Shown one piece after another: positions 12,579-26,268 of a stretch of 64,000 nucleotides of DNA. Position numbers and translations under genes: made by a program. This DNA comes from Felis catus. Taxonomy: Eukaryota. The DNA lies in contig NC_058378.1 in assembly GCF_018350175.1 (NCBI RefSeq), forward strand, positions 1,364,001 through 1,428,000, read 5' to 3'. The notes under the pieces are model-generated. The model saw only the letters and a program-made list of their open reading frames with translations. It was not told where the DNA came from and did no database searches. Numbering within the stretch: the first letter of the stretch is position 1; the number at the start of each line of letters is the position of its first letter.

Positions 12579-14834
12579 ACTCGTTGACAAATGATGCTAG
12601 ACCTGCCTTGAGAAGTGGGGGATGAGTTTGACCAGCACAGGTGTGTCGGAGTTGAGGTCGACTCACTCACAAACCAAACTGAGCGCCAGGTACTGGGAAC
12701 TCTCGGGTAATACTGACTGCAGTGTAGACAGACTCTGTCCTGATAGGAAGCTAGAGATGGGTGTTCAAGCAGGCAAGTAACAAGTATTCATCGTCCAAGC
12801 CCACCTTTCGAGAGAAGTCCACATGATGCTAGAGCTGCTGCCATACCGTTTGGAAGTAACAAAGGAGTTCTTGCCAGATACTTACACCGGCCTCCTTGCA
12901 GATTAAGTGTTCAAAAAACGGCCCAATCCTGTGTTGAAGACCGTCGGTAAAGAACAAGCATCCTTACCCCTAGAGTGAGTGACATGGAACCAACAGTCAG
13001 GATCACTAACGGGGTGATAGGTACAAATGATCAAAAGTGTTTTCCAAATGGAAAACGTGACCTGAAACATTTCTGTCAGTACAGACTATTGGCAGAAAAG
13101 AGCTCTGAGTGCATTTCAAAAACCAGTTTTGCATGAGTTACATTATTCCATTTTTAGGTTCCTTTTGATAGTGCTTTCTCATTTGTAAGCTCTTTTTCAA
13201 AAGATTGATTAAAATTCTGGCTGCTTCTGTTCTGAATGCTTCCCTCTCACCAAGACATAAAAGCTGTGAAGTTATTTTTTTCCAGGTTTGTATCTCAATT
13301 GTCAATCTCTATGTATTTGATTTTCCAGGTTCTGACTTTTAATTTTCATCTTTCCCCCTTTATTAGCTTTGTTTAGGATTATATATCTATATATCTTCGT
13401 CGCTATTTTTCTCCCTCCTCCTTCTTTTGGATGAATACTTTTTTGAAACTCCCTGTGGACAAGGCAATAAAATTAATTTTGACAGAACAAAGATTAGTTA
13501 CAAGTGTCTGCCTTTGCTTCTGAGAAATATCAACCCTCTAAAGTGTTGCTCAAATAAACAACATCCATCATTTTTATTTTGAGCTTTATTCCACTTTTGA
13601 ATTAGGTAAATTAGCAGGAAGCAATCCCAAATATGTCAGAGGTCAGTGGAAAACAATCTGTGATCTCTTCAATGCTGTCATTGTTGTTTCTGATACTATT
13701 GTCATTGTGATTTTATAAATAGAAAAGATGACTTCATAAATGCAACTGTGTATAACAATTAACAGATCCAAATGAAACTGTAGAAAAATGGACTTAACAG
13801 ATAAATGATGGCTAAGGATCGCATCATCAGGTTCAAATGTTGCAAAAATAGAATCGATTAATGAGTCTGTAGGCATTTATTTAGAACCTAGGCCTGTGAC
13901 CACAGAGCAGGGGACAGTGAGGAGTTCACGATGTTACCAGAGAAGCAGAAAGGAGAAGGAAGTGAGTCTCAAATGAGGGCATAAAGATACATTACATGGT
14001 CTCATGTCAGCTGAACGAGAGCTTTAGAAGAATATTCAGTTACCCCACGGAATGTCTATTTAGTGTGCTTTATTTATTTGTTTCTTATGCTAAATTGAGA
14101 CCTTTCTCCCCCCAAAGCACACATTATTTTTAAGTCATGTTAAGCTGAGTGGCATCTGCTAAAGACAAGAAATTAGAGGAGATGTCTGGGTGGGAAACGC
14201 ATGATGGGGACAGTAAGTCACAAAGACATGGGTGTCAGTGCTTTGCTGTGCAGCACTTTTAACACAGAGAATACGTTCCTTATTATTTTCTCAAATGCTT
14301 TATATACTTTTCTTTTTGGTAGGATGGCCCAAGTCACCTCTCTCTGTTAAAATATGACTCGAAAGCTCCTTCCTTGTAAGATGTCCCTAGTCCTGCCCTT
14401 ATTTACTGTGACAAGATGTCTATTCTGCCAGTGAATGTTTAGCTTCTGGGTTAGCAGGGACCTTGGCCCGGAGACAGGCAGTGACGCCTCTAGTTCCATC
14501 CACAGGTGACCACGCTCAGGGTCGCCTTCATATGCGTACAACCTGTGTGGTCACAAGGGCGTCCCACTTGGGAGGGACACGTGCGCTTCGTCCAATGCTC
14601 TGAAATCAGTGCCTTGAAGGAGGTTAGCAATTTCATTCTGAACCTGTGAGATAAGCCACATGTGAGGGTACAAGGAGGCACTGTGCAAGCAGAGAGGATG
14701 TGTGCAGACCAGGTGCCCGTTGTCCCCGCCGCCCGTCTCACACACAGCGTCTGAAGTGTCCACGTCACCAAGCCCAGGGGCTCCCAATGATTGGGGTTCA
14801 GCAACACTCAAAGGGGTGCGAGGCGAGCACGGAC

Positions 14835-15050
14835 CTTGGGTTGGGCTGCCATCATCAAATACCAGATACTGGATGGCTTATGCAATATGAGTCCAAAATT
14901 AGGGTGCCGAGGTGGTTGGGTTCTGGGGGGGATGCTCTTCCTGCCTTCTCACTGTGTCCTCACAGGGCAGACAGACGGAGCTCCGATACCCCACCCCCTG
15001 CTTCACTGGGGAATGAGGGGTCCACAGGGGAACTTGGGGACGACACCACA
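14835..15050 (-). mobile_element. MLT1A-like MaLR LTR, internally deleted
   Basis: GGGCTGCCATCATCAAATACCAGATACTGGATGGCTTA...GTCCAAAATTAGGGTGCC...GCCTTCTCACTGTGTCCTCAC. Confidence 0.6.
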
Positions 15051-17384
15051 CCTCGTGTCACATCCATGACAGGAGGGCGCTCACAATCCTGATGGGCCGC
15101 ACTTTGGGCTCGAACCAGAACTTCTTTTGAATTCACAAAGTCCTGATGTTCTCAGAAACACAGATGATCAAAGAGCACGATCCTATCTTCTTACTCATGT
15201 TACTTCCCTGGACCCACCCACTTAGGTGGCAAGTCGTGACTTAGAAGAAAAGACAAAGACAAGTCAGCCCTTGTTCCTTGTCCCCAATAAGCCAGTGGTC
15301 GTGGTGGTAGAGAGTGGTTCAAGAAACAAAATGCATGGTTTCCATTAGTTTTGTGTGACATTTCTACTGTCCTCATAAAATAGATACATAGTTTATAGTC
15401 TGGAGCTCGCATTTACACATGTATATATCAGACTAGCTAATCTCTGTGATTCCTTCGCTGTATATGTAGAAATACTCAGATGCCTGCATTTAAAGCTGGC
15501 TCAGCTTTAAAGTGCTCAGAAAAACGATTGATGAAATGCATGTTAATAACTTCACATTTTAATTTTTCTTACTTAGAACAACATCAAATAGCAAATAAAA
15601 CACATTGTGAGAGGTCACAGGTGTTATGTGACAATGTTTCATTTCAGCACTCAAAGCAGAAAATATGGAGCAGTGGTACAACCTTTAACTTCAAGGCTGA
15701 GACTGAGTGGGACCCACGAACAGAGAAGGGACTGACGCACGAGCAGGTGCCCCAAGTTACAGGTGAAGGTCGCTTAACAAACGAGGAACATCTATGTTCA
15801 GTAACGCAGGCCTGTCTGAAAGTGACCTTGGTCTCCACAGCACAGTTTCCTTTACAAGAGCCAAGTTAAGATACACTGGCTGTGTTGTGTGCCCCGGCAG
15901 CTGTGTGGGGCACAGCGGGGTGGGGGAGTCGTGAGCGGGAGCACTGGCCTGGGGTCTGCATGACTGAAGTGGCATAAAAGACTGATGGGAGACAGCCCCC
16001 TGGCATCCACGTGCCCAGGGGACCTACATGCTCACTGGCTCTTCTGGGTGAGCGATACATGTTCTATCGGAGAAGGGATGGGAGACGTCCAGGATCAGGT
16101 GGCTGGCGAGCTCCCTGCATCCTGGGGTAAAGCTTAACACGTGCAGCATTAGCTTAAAACCTGTTTGGGTCACATAAGTCCAGTGGCCACAGTAACCCAG
16201 AACCACAGCTGTCCTGCCATGATGTGGAGTCAGAAATTGGATTTGGCTTTCAGACCCTTGATTCTGTGTGACCAGTCACAATGGTGCAGCAGAAGGGACA
16301 GTGGCAGGAGGGCAGGGAGGCCATGTCCATGCTTCAGGGCCAACCACCCCCCTCTGGTTTGAGATAAAGAAATGTCTGCGGGAAATAACAGCAGATAAAT
16401 ACAACTTGTGAAATCGGGTGACTTCATCTTGTCCCCTCAGAACTTGCAAAGTCCAGGAGAAAGACAGGGGACAATAGCTAAAGAGATTATTTTGTGTTTG
16501 TTTGTATTATCTACCTTAAGGAGACAAAGTGTTTGGGAGAGAAAGAGAGAAGCCGAAGCAGCAATGCGTCCAGTGTTTGTCACACAACATTCGACATCAT
16601 GCACCCAGGGTCCTGTTGAGGACCTGAAAACCGTTACTTTGATCACTATGGCACCATTTGGTGACTGCTCACCATGAAAATGTGGTTCTGAGGCCAGGTG
16701 ACGATGGGCATTTCACCCCAGAGACCAGAGGCTATGGTGCAAAGATCACTTCATTGAGAAGGTCCTCCAGATGCTGAGAAGTCCATTCTTGAATTTCAGA
16801 TAAAATTTCTAGGGGCTAATATTTGTTTGTGGACACAGCAGAGTGGAAAGGAATGTTCGGTATTAGTGATAATTCAAAACTTGCTACAGGGTTTGACATT
16901 CAGAAATTATCATCAGTGACATGAGCAGTCACCATTTTTCAAAGGAGGAGATGGAGTGAAGTTAGTCTTTGCAAAGGAGAAAATAGCCCTCTTCCTCCTT
17001 GGCTGTGAAGTGGCCTATTTCTCAAAAGTTGTGAGAATAAAGATATTACTTACAGACATTAATCACTGAATTTTCAAGTCATTTGAGTTACCATCTACTT
17101 CCTTCTATACCCAGGGCCCAATATTCATTAGCATATCTTTTTCTCTGCACAAAATCTAGTTTCCATAATAAAGTTGACCCTGCCACGCATGAGTCTAAAC
17201 GTTTCAAGTCATATTTCAATGATCCCACCCGTACTTGGAGGCTAAAAGACCATTGACATGAGGAGATTGGAGTGGAGTCTGACTGCCTTCCCCAACCCTG
17301 TCTCCTTTGCCTGAAGTACGGGAACAAGAGAGCCACCCTCTATTCTCAATACTCAAAGGCTTGGGTTTGCCTAATGCGTAAGAT

Positions 17385-17500
17385 TTGGGTTTTGCTGTTA
17401 AAGAGCAGGGATTTGAATCCAACTGTGGAACTTTTCCTCTGCTGTCAGAGAAGTGACGTACTCTCCAAAATTCAGCGTCCTTGTCTATAAACAGCACTGA
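17385..17500 (+). mobile_element. MIR fragment (degenerate)
   Basis: GGATTTGAATCCAACT...AAGTGACGTACTCTCC...CAGCGTCCTTGTCTATAAA. Confidence 0.4.
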
Positions 17501-18024
17501 ATTACCCGTAATTGCCTAACATAGCATTGCTAGGTGAAATGACACCATATTGAAATAGCCTGTCGAAATGCAGAGCACATAAGAAGTGCTTATCGCTGTC
17601 AGCATATTTCTCCTCTCTGCTATTGTATTTCTTACACATCCTTAAGAGGGATGTATAGAGATGAATACAAATTAAGAGAAAATGAAAACCAGTTGCTTAT
17701 TAGCACCTCTCTGTCAGAGAAGCCTGAAATCTTGTAAAGATGTTGAAATTATCCTATCCCTCAAATTCTTATCAGCAAGGAGTTCTGTTTCACTACTTTA
17801 AACATTTATAATATGTGGGATCTCCATCTGTGACCCTCACTTATGAATTGAAATAGAGACAAATTTTATTTCTTAAACTATTTAAGTAGGAGAACATGGA
17901 TGAAAACATGAGAGCACATAAACCAGTGTCTTCATCTCCCCTGATACTTAGTCAACATTGTTTTCCCTCCCTCCAGTGCCCATCAACGGAGATAGTAACA
18001 GTACATGGAACAGTATGGCAACAA

Positions 18025-18250
18025 TGGCTAACATTTGTTGAGCGTGTATAATATTTTAGATGTTCTTCTCAGTAATTATTTATGTGTTAACTCGGGCAAA
18101 TTTTCACCACAATCTTTTATGAAATTTACACTATTGCCATCCTCATTTTACAGAGGAAGAATCTAGGGCGCAAAGAAGCAAAACCACTTGCTAAAGGCCA
18201 TGAAAGTGATACAGATTGAGGATCTGGACCCACACAGACCTGCTTCAAGA
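18025..18250 (-). mobile_element. MIR
   Basis: GCTAACATTTGTTGAGCGTG...CATCCTCATTTTACAGAGGAAGAATCTAGGGCGCAAAGA...CACTTGCTAAAGGCCA. Confidence 0.75.
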
Positions 18251-18321
18251 TACCCACGGCACTGTAGTCAATTCATGTTATTATAAGTAGTTTGTGGGAG
18301 CTACATATATGTGTGTGTTTA

Positions 18322-18435
18322 TGAGAGAGAGATACAGAGGGAGGGAGAGGGAGGGAGGGAGAGGGAGAGGGAGGAAAAGAGGGAAGAAGAGGGTAAGGAG
18401 AGAGGGAGAGGGAAGTGGAGAAGGAGAAGAAAACG
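18322..18435. repeat. GA-rich polypurine low-complexity tract
   Basis: GAGAGGGAGGGAGAGGGAGGGAGGG... Confidence 0.9.
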
Positions 18436-19164
18436 GAAAATTAAACGTCAGAGAAGAAATCTCCATCAAAGACGGCTGTATGGAGATGGACTTTAAGGGA
18501 GAATAAGATTCTTAAGTGTGAAAAAAACTCACGATATTTTTTTTGTTTTGTATTAAGATCACATTTTAAAAATCTAAAAATCACATAAGTAGTTAGAAAT
18601 TGTGTAGAGTCTCCCATGCAGATTGCTTTAAGACAACAATGCTTCTCTGGTTTACTTAAGTTTGACTGTTTTTAAATTTCTGTATTATAAAAATTTCACA
18701 TGTAGACTAGTAATTTATGGTAAGTACGAATTTTGATACAAATATTTACTTACAACATAGGCACTGGATGGGTTGCGACTCTTATAATCCGTCTCTTTCT
18801 GTCATTGTTGCACAATTTGAGTCCCTGAGAAAACGTCTCCTACCAAAATAGTGAAGAAAGGAGAGGTATCAGCAGGAAGGGACCCGGAGAGAATGATAAA
18901 TTAGTTGCTGTTCCATCTTTGATGTTCTCACAGTCTGCTCTCTGAGCCACACCTGCTTATCCCCGAGCTTCTGTTCCCCACATTTCCTGTCCTCTCTCCA
19001 AAGACCTAACCAACCAATTCCCAAGAAATGTCCCAACACTGGCCTCTGACTATTGAGTTCTTATACAGCCAGAGGTTCCCTCTTCTAACGGGTCACCTGC
19101 TGAAGTCCCCTCTCTCAGCAGAGACGTTGGGAGTTCGGTACTTTGTAAGATGCTTCTTTTGTGC

Positions 19165-19320
19165 AATCAACCTGAGTTTTTCCTAATGCTCAGACTAGGG
19201 TTATGGGATTTTCAGAGGGAGATCATAGAGGATAAGTGTCATTTCCATCACATACTTTCAAAATCAATGCAATTGATCATGCTGACCTTGAAGACTTTGT
19301 TGAGGTAGTGTGGTCACACG
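19165..19320 (-). mobile_element. Old L1 (L1MC/L1MD-like) 3'UTR fragment
   Basis: AGACTAGGGTTATGGGATTTT...GATCATAGAGGATAAGTGTCATTTCCATCACATA...GACCTTGA...TGAGGTAGTG. Confidence 0.6.
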
Positions 19321-19344
19321 ATTCCACGTTCTGTGATACAAGCA

Positions 19345-21050
19345 TCAGTACAAAAAAAAGAGAGAAGTACAGACTAATTTCCCTTATGAGTATAGATGTA
19401 ACAATCCTTAACAAAATATTATCAAGTAGAATCCAGCAATGTGTTATATATATAAACCCTGTCCCAGGCCTCCGTGCTAAAGACACAAAGCTGGTTCCAT
19501 ATTTAGCAACACATCATATTAACACATCACACCATCATAGCAGTTGATGAAGAAAAGCACTTCACAAATAAACACTTTTCATGATATAAAGGCTCAGAAA
19601 AGTTAAACTTGCTGAGGAATATTTACAAAATATCTATAACTAATATTACATTTCATTGGAAGAGACTGAATATTTCTCCCCTAAGATCGGAAGTAAAGTG
19701 GTCTGCTGACACCACTCTTATTCGACATAGTGCTGTAAGCCCCGGACATTGCAATAAAGCGAGAAAGAGAAATGTAAGGTTTACCTATGAGAAAGGAAGA
19801 AATACTCTATCTGCAAGTGACAGGATTGTCTATATAGAGAATCCTTGGAAACATACAAAAACATATGTATGTATATGTGTATGTATATGTAATATACAAA
19901 TTATATATATGTATATATATTATATGTATACATATATATAATTTGTATATTACATATATTTTTAATGTATATATATATGTAATGTATATATTACATATAT
20001 ACAAATATATATACATATATATAATTATATATACATAACTTAAATCACTCCCCACCCATATGTAATGAGTGAAATTGAAAATGATTAAAATACATAGAAA
20101 GATGTATTTTGTTCGTGAATTGGAATAATCCATAAAGATGGCAACTTTCCCCAAATTGACATACAAGTTAAATGCAATTCTTATCAAAATCCTAGAATGA
20201 ATCTTTTTTGTAGCTATCGACATGATTATTCTAAAATTTATCTGGAAATGGTGTGGGGTCAGATCACCTGAAAAAATTTTTTTAAGGTAGGGAAGGGGAA
20301 GAAATAAATTTACCTCATTTTAAGACAACAAACAGACACAGCAATGGTTACAGTCTAGCAGTTGCAGAAGAATAGACGCAGATCGAAGGAACAGATTAGA
20401 AATCCTAAGAAATGACCCATGTGTAGGTGCATAAATGATTTTATAAAATTGGAAAACAACTTTTTAAAACCAGTGCTGGACCCAATGGACATCTATTGGT
20501 AAGTTAAAAAAATAAAAGAATTTTGACCTAAAAAACTAATGCCTTCATACAAAAATTAATATGGATAATGGACTTAAGCGAAAAATTATAACATTTTAAC
20601 AAGTAGTAGGAAAGATTCTTTGGGATCTAGAGTTAGAGAAAATTTTCTTACATTTGATACCAAATACATGATCCATAAATGGAAAAATTGATGAATTAGA
20701 CTTCATCCAATTAAAATACTTTGTTCTACAAAGTATCCTGTTGAGAGGATAAAACACAAGCTCCAGACTAGGGAAATAATTTGGAAACCACCTATCCCAA
20801 AAAAAGGAGTATCTAGAATAGGTGAAGAGCTTTCAGAACTCAACGGTGTTTATAAAACAAGTAAACAACCCGCTTAGCACATTTTACTGGAGAGGACGCG
20901 GGAGATAAACACATAAAAAGATGTTCGACATTATTGACCATCATGGAAGTGTGATCAAAACCATAATGAGATGTCACTTCACACACAAGAAGGTGACTTA
21001 AATTAACAAAAACAAAATGAGTGGCAATGCCAGGCGCTGGCAAAGAAACC
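19345..21050 (+). mobile_element. Old L1 ORF2 remnant (RT to C-terminal region), disrupted
   Basis: KREKYRLISLMSIDVTILNKILSSRIQQ matches L1 ORF2p [27 protein letters not shown]; also DRIVYIENP; many stops and frameshifts. Confidence 0.9.
19862..20036. repeat. Degenerate (TA)n microsatellite inside L1
   Basis: TATATA/TACA-rich run. Confidence 0.95.
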
Positions 21051-21384
21051 AAACTCTGTTTCTCACTCAGAGATTGACGCTCAACATTTGCAACCGCCCT
21101 TGGAGGGATCTTGGCAAGGAGTCCCAGGGAGGACTTCCGGGGCACGGGTTCAAAGTTCAAGTCAGCAACAAGGTTTGGGCCCGAGGCAAGGCGGCAGCTT
21201 CTCAGGGTCCCCAGCCGACTGGTCCCCCCACGATGTGCTGCAACTTCAGGCAGGGGGAGGCTGTGTCCTGGGCCCACCACCCTGGAAGCTTCTCTTTGGC
21301 AACACGGCTCAACAGCCGGCCTCTCTGGAGCTGCAGCTTCACACCAGGTGGCCCTAAGACTTCTCAGGCTGTGACACAGCTTCC

Positions 21385-22650
21385 ACTCCAAGATGGTGAC
21401 CTCCCTCACCTCCGGTCACGGACACACCAAATCTAGAGCTACAACCGGAGCGACTCCCCCTGGAGGAGACCCAGAAACTAGCTGGGCGATTCCCACACGC
21501 CAGGCAAATGGGCAAATGCCCGCATCACCCACGTGTGAGCCGGTAAGAAAGGCTGGCACACCCTCGTCACAAACCCCACCCCTGCCCTAGTGCCCTGCAG
21601 TCATGAGGGAACCCCCAGCTCCCAGCTTCTCACTGACCACTGCAGGGTTTGGACACTGGGGTCTCAGTTTCAAGAGGGACAGGACCCCCAGACACCAAGC
21701 TCTGAGAGCCAGCCGGGCTTGTGATGCTGAGCCCCACAAGATGTGCTGTGCTTACCCGCCAGGGGTTAAGGCAGGAACCCCACCAAAAGCCCATCTCCCA
21801 TTCTCTCCCTGAAAAAGGCCCACTGGATACTTTAAAACTGCTGCTTAGGGTGACATTTCCCCTTTAGCACACACGTAGGGGCTGACCGCAGCCCTCTCCA
21901 GAGGCCAGGAAGCCGGAAGATACAACCTTCACCTTGTCACTTGGGCCCAGTCACTGTGTCACCAGCAACTCCCTAGAAGGAGCTTGCTGGAACAGCACTG
22001 GATGAGAGCCTGAAAGGGCCAGTTGTACGAGGCAAGGGTGATTGCCTTCACCATCCCCAGGGACTGCAGTGGCAAACACGCAGTTACTCACGCACAGGGC
22101 AGCCCCTCAGCTCTGCCCCAGGCTGGGGCAGGGAAACCAGGCACAAAGGCCACCCTCCCATTTTCTCCCTGGGGGTTGGGGGCGGCTAAATGCACACTCT
22201 CTCGGCTCCTGCCTTCCACTCAGCCTGCATCCAGGTGTTAACTGCAGCGCTCCCCTTAGAGCCACTGATGGCTCTGGCACACCCTCGCGCCACTGGGAAC
22301 AAAGAAGGACGTCTGGACAGCCACCAAGAGCCAGGCAGGCTGACCGACAAGGCTCATCTCCTAGACCACCACTCCATGGAGACTGGCAGGGAGGCTGTTT
22401 CATCTAATGCACAGAAACCAGCAGAGAGTCAAGGAGAATGAATAAATGGAGATAAACAGAGGAGAACGTTCCAAACAAGAGACAAGATAAAACCCTAGAA
22501 ACAGACATTCATGACATGGTGATTTATCTGACAAAGAGTTGAAAATAGCTGTCCTCAACATACTCAGCAAGGTCAGGAGGACAGTGCATGAACGAAGTGA
22601 GAATTTCAGCAGAGATAGGACATAGAAGAAAGAAACAAACAGACCTCTTC
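21385..22650 (+). mobile_element. Old L1 (L1M) 5'UTR and start of ORF1
   Basis: YY1-like CAAGATGG at 21389, GC-rich UTR, then TTCCAAACAAGAGACAAGATAAAACCCTAGAAACAGAC...GATTTATCTGACAAAGAGTTGAAAATA...GCATGAACGAAGTGAGAATTTCA (ORF1 N-terminus). Confidence 0.7.
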
Positions 22651-23379
22651 ACTCAACTATTGCAAAAATTCTCCTCCTTGGTTGGGTGTTAGGAGAGGAG
22701 AGACTTCCAGAGGCCAAGTCTTGTATGATGAGCTTGCATTCCTGTGTCCTTGGGTGAGCTGGTGGGCCAGGGACCCTCAGACGGAGGCTTGCCGTGGGGG
22801 AAACGCTTCACTCACATGGTGGGGTGTGATGGGGTGGGCGGAGCGAATGGGGATACAGGAAGTATGGGCAAACTCTTTTCTCTCTCTGGGTTTTATTTTC
22901 CTTCTAATTCGAGGTGGCAGAGACTGGTGTGGATGAGGCGATTTCTAAAGTTGTATTTAATTAATGCAAAAGATAAATTAACTTTCCATAATTTATATAT
23001 AGTTCAATGTTATAGGAGTGTTTCTATAAAAAAACAAACAAACAAAAGAGTTGCTCCTTCCAGACAAGGCAGCTCCAATGGTCAACTGATCTCGGCACAG
23101 ACAACACCTGCCGAGCCTGACTAGCCACCACCTCTGGGAGCCAGTTTCAAGGGCCCTTTTGAAAACTACCAGCATTCTAGACACTCTTTTATTGTAATGT
23201 TAGTAGTTCGATAGGAAGACCACTGCTTAAATGCAATTATTGAGACAATTTCCTTAGGTTTTATGAGGAGATGTTAATATTTTTACCATCAAAATTTAGT
23301 GAAAGTTTTAGACGATTTTATTAAGCAGCCACAAGCCAATTGTTTGAACAGTTCACTCAATCCCTTCTGTGTCTTTTAG

Positions 23380-23600
23380 TATATGTCCGGCATTATTTCA
23401 AGCCTCTCACTCAATTCTTATTATAACTCTATATTAGAGGACTCATTATCACCCTCATTTTTTTCTTTTAGGGAAACTAAAGAGCAGACAGTTTACATCA
23501 CCTGTTGGTAAGTAACTTTGTGCCCAATGTCACAGAGGCGGTGGGTGAAGGAACCAGACTCAACCCAGGCAGACTGGATGCACAGTTCATGCTTGTGCAG
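23380..23600 (-). mobile_element. MIR
   Basis: ATTATCACCCTCATTT...GGGAAACTAAAG...GTAAGTAACTTTGTGCCCAATGTCACA...CAACCCAGGCAGACTGG. Confidence 0.7.
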
Positions 23601-24961
23601 CGGGCGTGCAAACCATGGGAAAATTGTATGAAACAGACCCAAACCTTCACCAAAAAAATAAATTAAAATCATTTTATTTTCTTATGCCACCAGGGATACA
23701 GACGCTATTTTAATTTTAAAAAGTAAACCTTCTGCATGGGCAATATCATACATGGCAAATATGACATTCGGGTCAAAAATAACACAAGTGTAGGCATGGA
23801 AATTTCACTGTTAATTTTATGTTTGATGTTGAGGGCGCCTAACATCTTGGTGAGGGTTACTGTATGGACTGACTCGATAAAACAAAAGAGATAAAAAGGT
23901 AAAGTCTTGACAGAGTAAAGTCACCCAGAAAGGGGGTGGGGGAAATGCAGGAAAAGAGACTAACTCTCCTTTGCCAATTTTCATTTGATATTTTTGCCAA
24001 GCTGGCGCTCTTAATGTCTCCAGACCTTTAGGACATAAGCCCCGAAGTGCTTTCAAGTCAGGCCACTGGACCTAGAGTCCACGTCGGTGGCCCCACTCCC
24101 GCTCTCTCCCCCTTTGGCTCATGTGGAAGGGACAATGGGCTGCCCATTCCTGGATCTGTTCAGCTGCATTGGTCCAGACAGTGAATGTGATTTTGGCTGG
24201 GTTTTAGAACATCCTCAAATCCCATCCCCGCAGAGAGACCAAGCTCCAATCCTACACATGTAACTCCCCGTTTACTCTGCGGGTTCACTGGGAAATGCCT
24301 AACGTTACTACCACCTTCACCCGGAAAAGTGGAGGGTAGATAAAAGTGGAAGTGATTCTAGAGAAAGTAGAGATGCCGAGGGCTGGAGGTAGATTTTATA
24401 AAGACTGTGCAGGACAGGAACAATGAAATAAGGTCTAATTACTGGGACCACAGCTGAAGTTGTTGATATGCATAAATAGATTCCAGCACAAAGCAGCAAT
24501 GTGCAAGTAGAAAGGATTTCAGTGGGTATCCCAATCTCCGCATTTTGGATTGTCTAACTGTTATGTGTTTCTGGGAGAGAGAAACCAAGGAAGCATTCTG
24601 AGTTAGGGATCAACCTGCAGTGGGATATCTGTAGGACTTCCCACACCCTGCACACACTCCCGAGTATCCCCCACTGAGCCCTCACACAACCGAACACACA
24701 GACACCTACACGCCTACACATCTGATCACATACTCCTAGCTACACACACTAAAACGTGCACACCAGCTGCAGATGTATCCAGACTGGGACACAAGAAAGG
24801 GAAATGACCGGTAATCCATGTCAATAGCTGAAAGGCTGGGGAAGGAGATGAATAGAATACAGATCCTGCCATTAAACCCTCAGCCCAATATGAACTCAGT
24901 TATAGTTTGAAAAAATATGGAAAAACCTCCCACAAAAACCCATTTGTCCCTTTTCCTAAAC

Positions 24962-24983
24962 TGTGTGTGTGTGTGTGTGTGTG
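24962..24983. repeat. (TG)11 microsatellite
   Basis: Direct read. Confidence 0.95.
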
Positions 24984-26054
24984 CAATTTTTAGCTAATAG
25001 TAACCTTGTTAAGGAGGAAGTGAATCGTTTCCTTCTTGTTGCACACTTACAGCGTTGAAATTGCATATTCTTCCTAAGGATGAGACTCTAAGTCCCTGTG
25101 TGGAAACCCTAGACTTGGTGGTCTGAGAGGGTATCATGAAGGCACAGGAACCCTCTGCCTTTCTCACCGAAGTTTTAGAACAAAAGCAGTATTCCTGTCT
25201 CCATACATTCATTCTCTAATCTGGGACTGCAGAGAATTTTATTACAATTCTGTGAGATGTTGTGTTCAAGGCACTCAGAGAGCCAGCTCTCCAGACAAAA
25301 AGGAGATACCTTACAAAATGAGAAATTTAAAAAACTAAAGGAAATACCTTGGTCCCGGCTATTTCCATTCCCCTCTGGTCATAGACCCGCTTTGACGGCT
25401 TGGACTCATACTGGACTCTTCAGGGATTGGTGGGTAAGACCCTCGGGCCTCCACCGGATGTTCATCTACAGCAAATAGGAAAAATTAAATAGCTCTATCT
25501 TGGACTTGGTCATCTTTGTTGTTTTAACAATTGCTTGGCAAAGAAATTTTAACACTACACTAGTATGTATCCATTCTTTTATATGGGATTTCAACTCATG
25601 AGCAGTTAAGATGTTCACAAGTGAATTTGCATTCTCTCTCTTCTTGGCTCACCAGGCATGCAGAACATGTGGGTGGGCTTATTTCAACAAACTTGCTTAA
25701 AAGTCACCATTTTTTCTTTACTATTATGTCCTTAACTGAAAGTTGAAAACTCTAAATAATAGCATATATTCAACCAGAGCACTTTTCCCTCATTGTAAAT
25801 GTGACTCTTAGGAGAGCCATTGCAATTTGGAGTCTCTTTCCTGAGCTTCAAGCATTTCGACATTCCTCTGAGTATAAAGGATTGTGGTGTGGTGTTCCTA
25901 AGTCACTGATGATATTATTCTTTTAGCGTAGTGAGTCCTTTCACCAAAGACAGGAAATCTGGCCCTGTGACTTCTGTGTGCTTGGCATTTTTATCAAAAT
26001 GCTATTACAGTTTCTATGATCTTATGAAGAAGACATTTAAAACAGCACATATTC

Positions 26055-26268
26055 GGGGCACCTGGATGGCTCAGTCGGTTAAGCATACGACTTCGGCTCA
26101 GGGCATGATCTCGCGGTCCGTGACTTTGAGCCCCGCGTTGGGCTCTGTGCCGACAGCTCAGAGCCCGGATTCTGCTTCGAATTCTGTCTCTCCCTCTCTC
26201 CCTGACCCTCCCCTGTTCATGCTGTCTCTCTCTGTCTCAAAAATAAACGTTAAAAAAAATTGTAAAAA
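26055..26268 (+). mobile_element. CanSINE (SINEC_Fc-like)
   Basis: GGGGCACCTGGATGGCTCAGTCGGTTAAGC head; TSD-like AGCACAKATTC. Confidence 0.95.

Noticed and set aside
19807-20223. 138-aa I/Y-rich ORF
   Set aside because: Translation of a (TA)n microsatellite and antisense L1
20840-21436. Overlapping 189-aa and 139-aa ORFs
   Set aside because: Lie over an L1 remnant and GC-rich flank; no domain similarity
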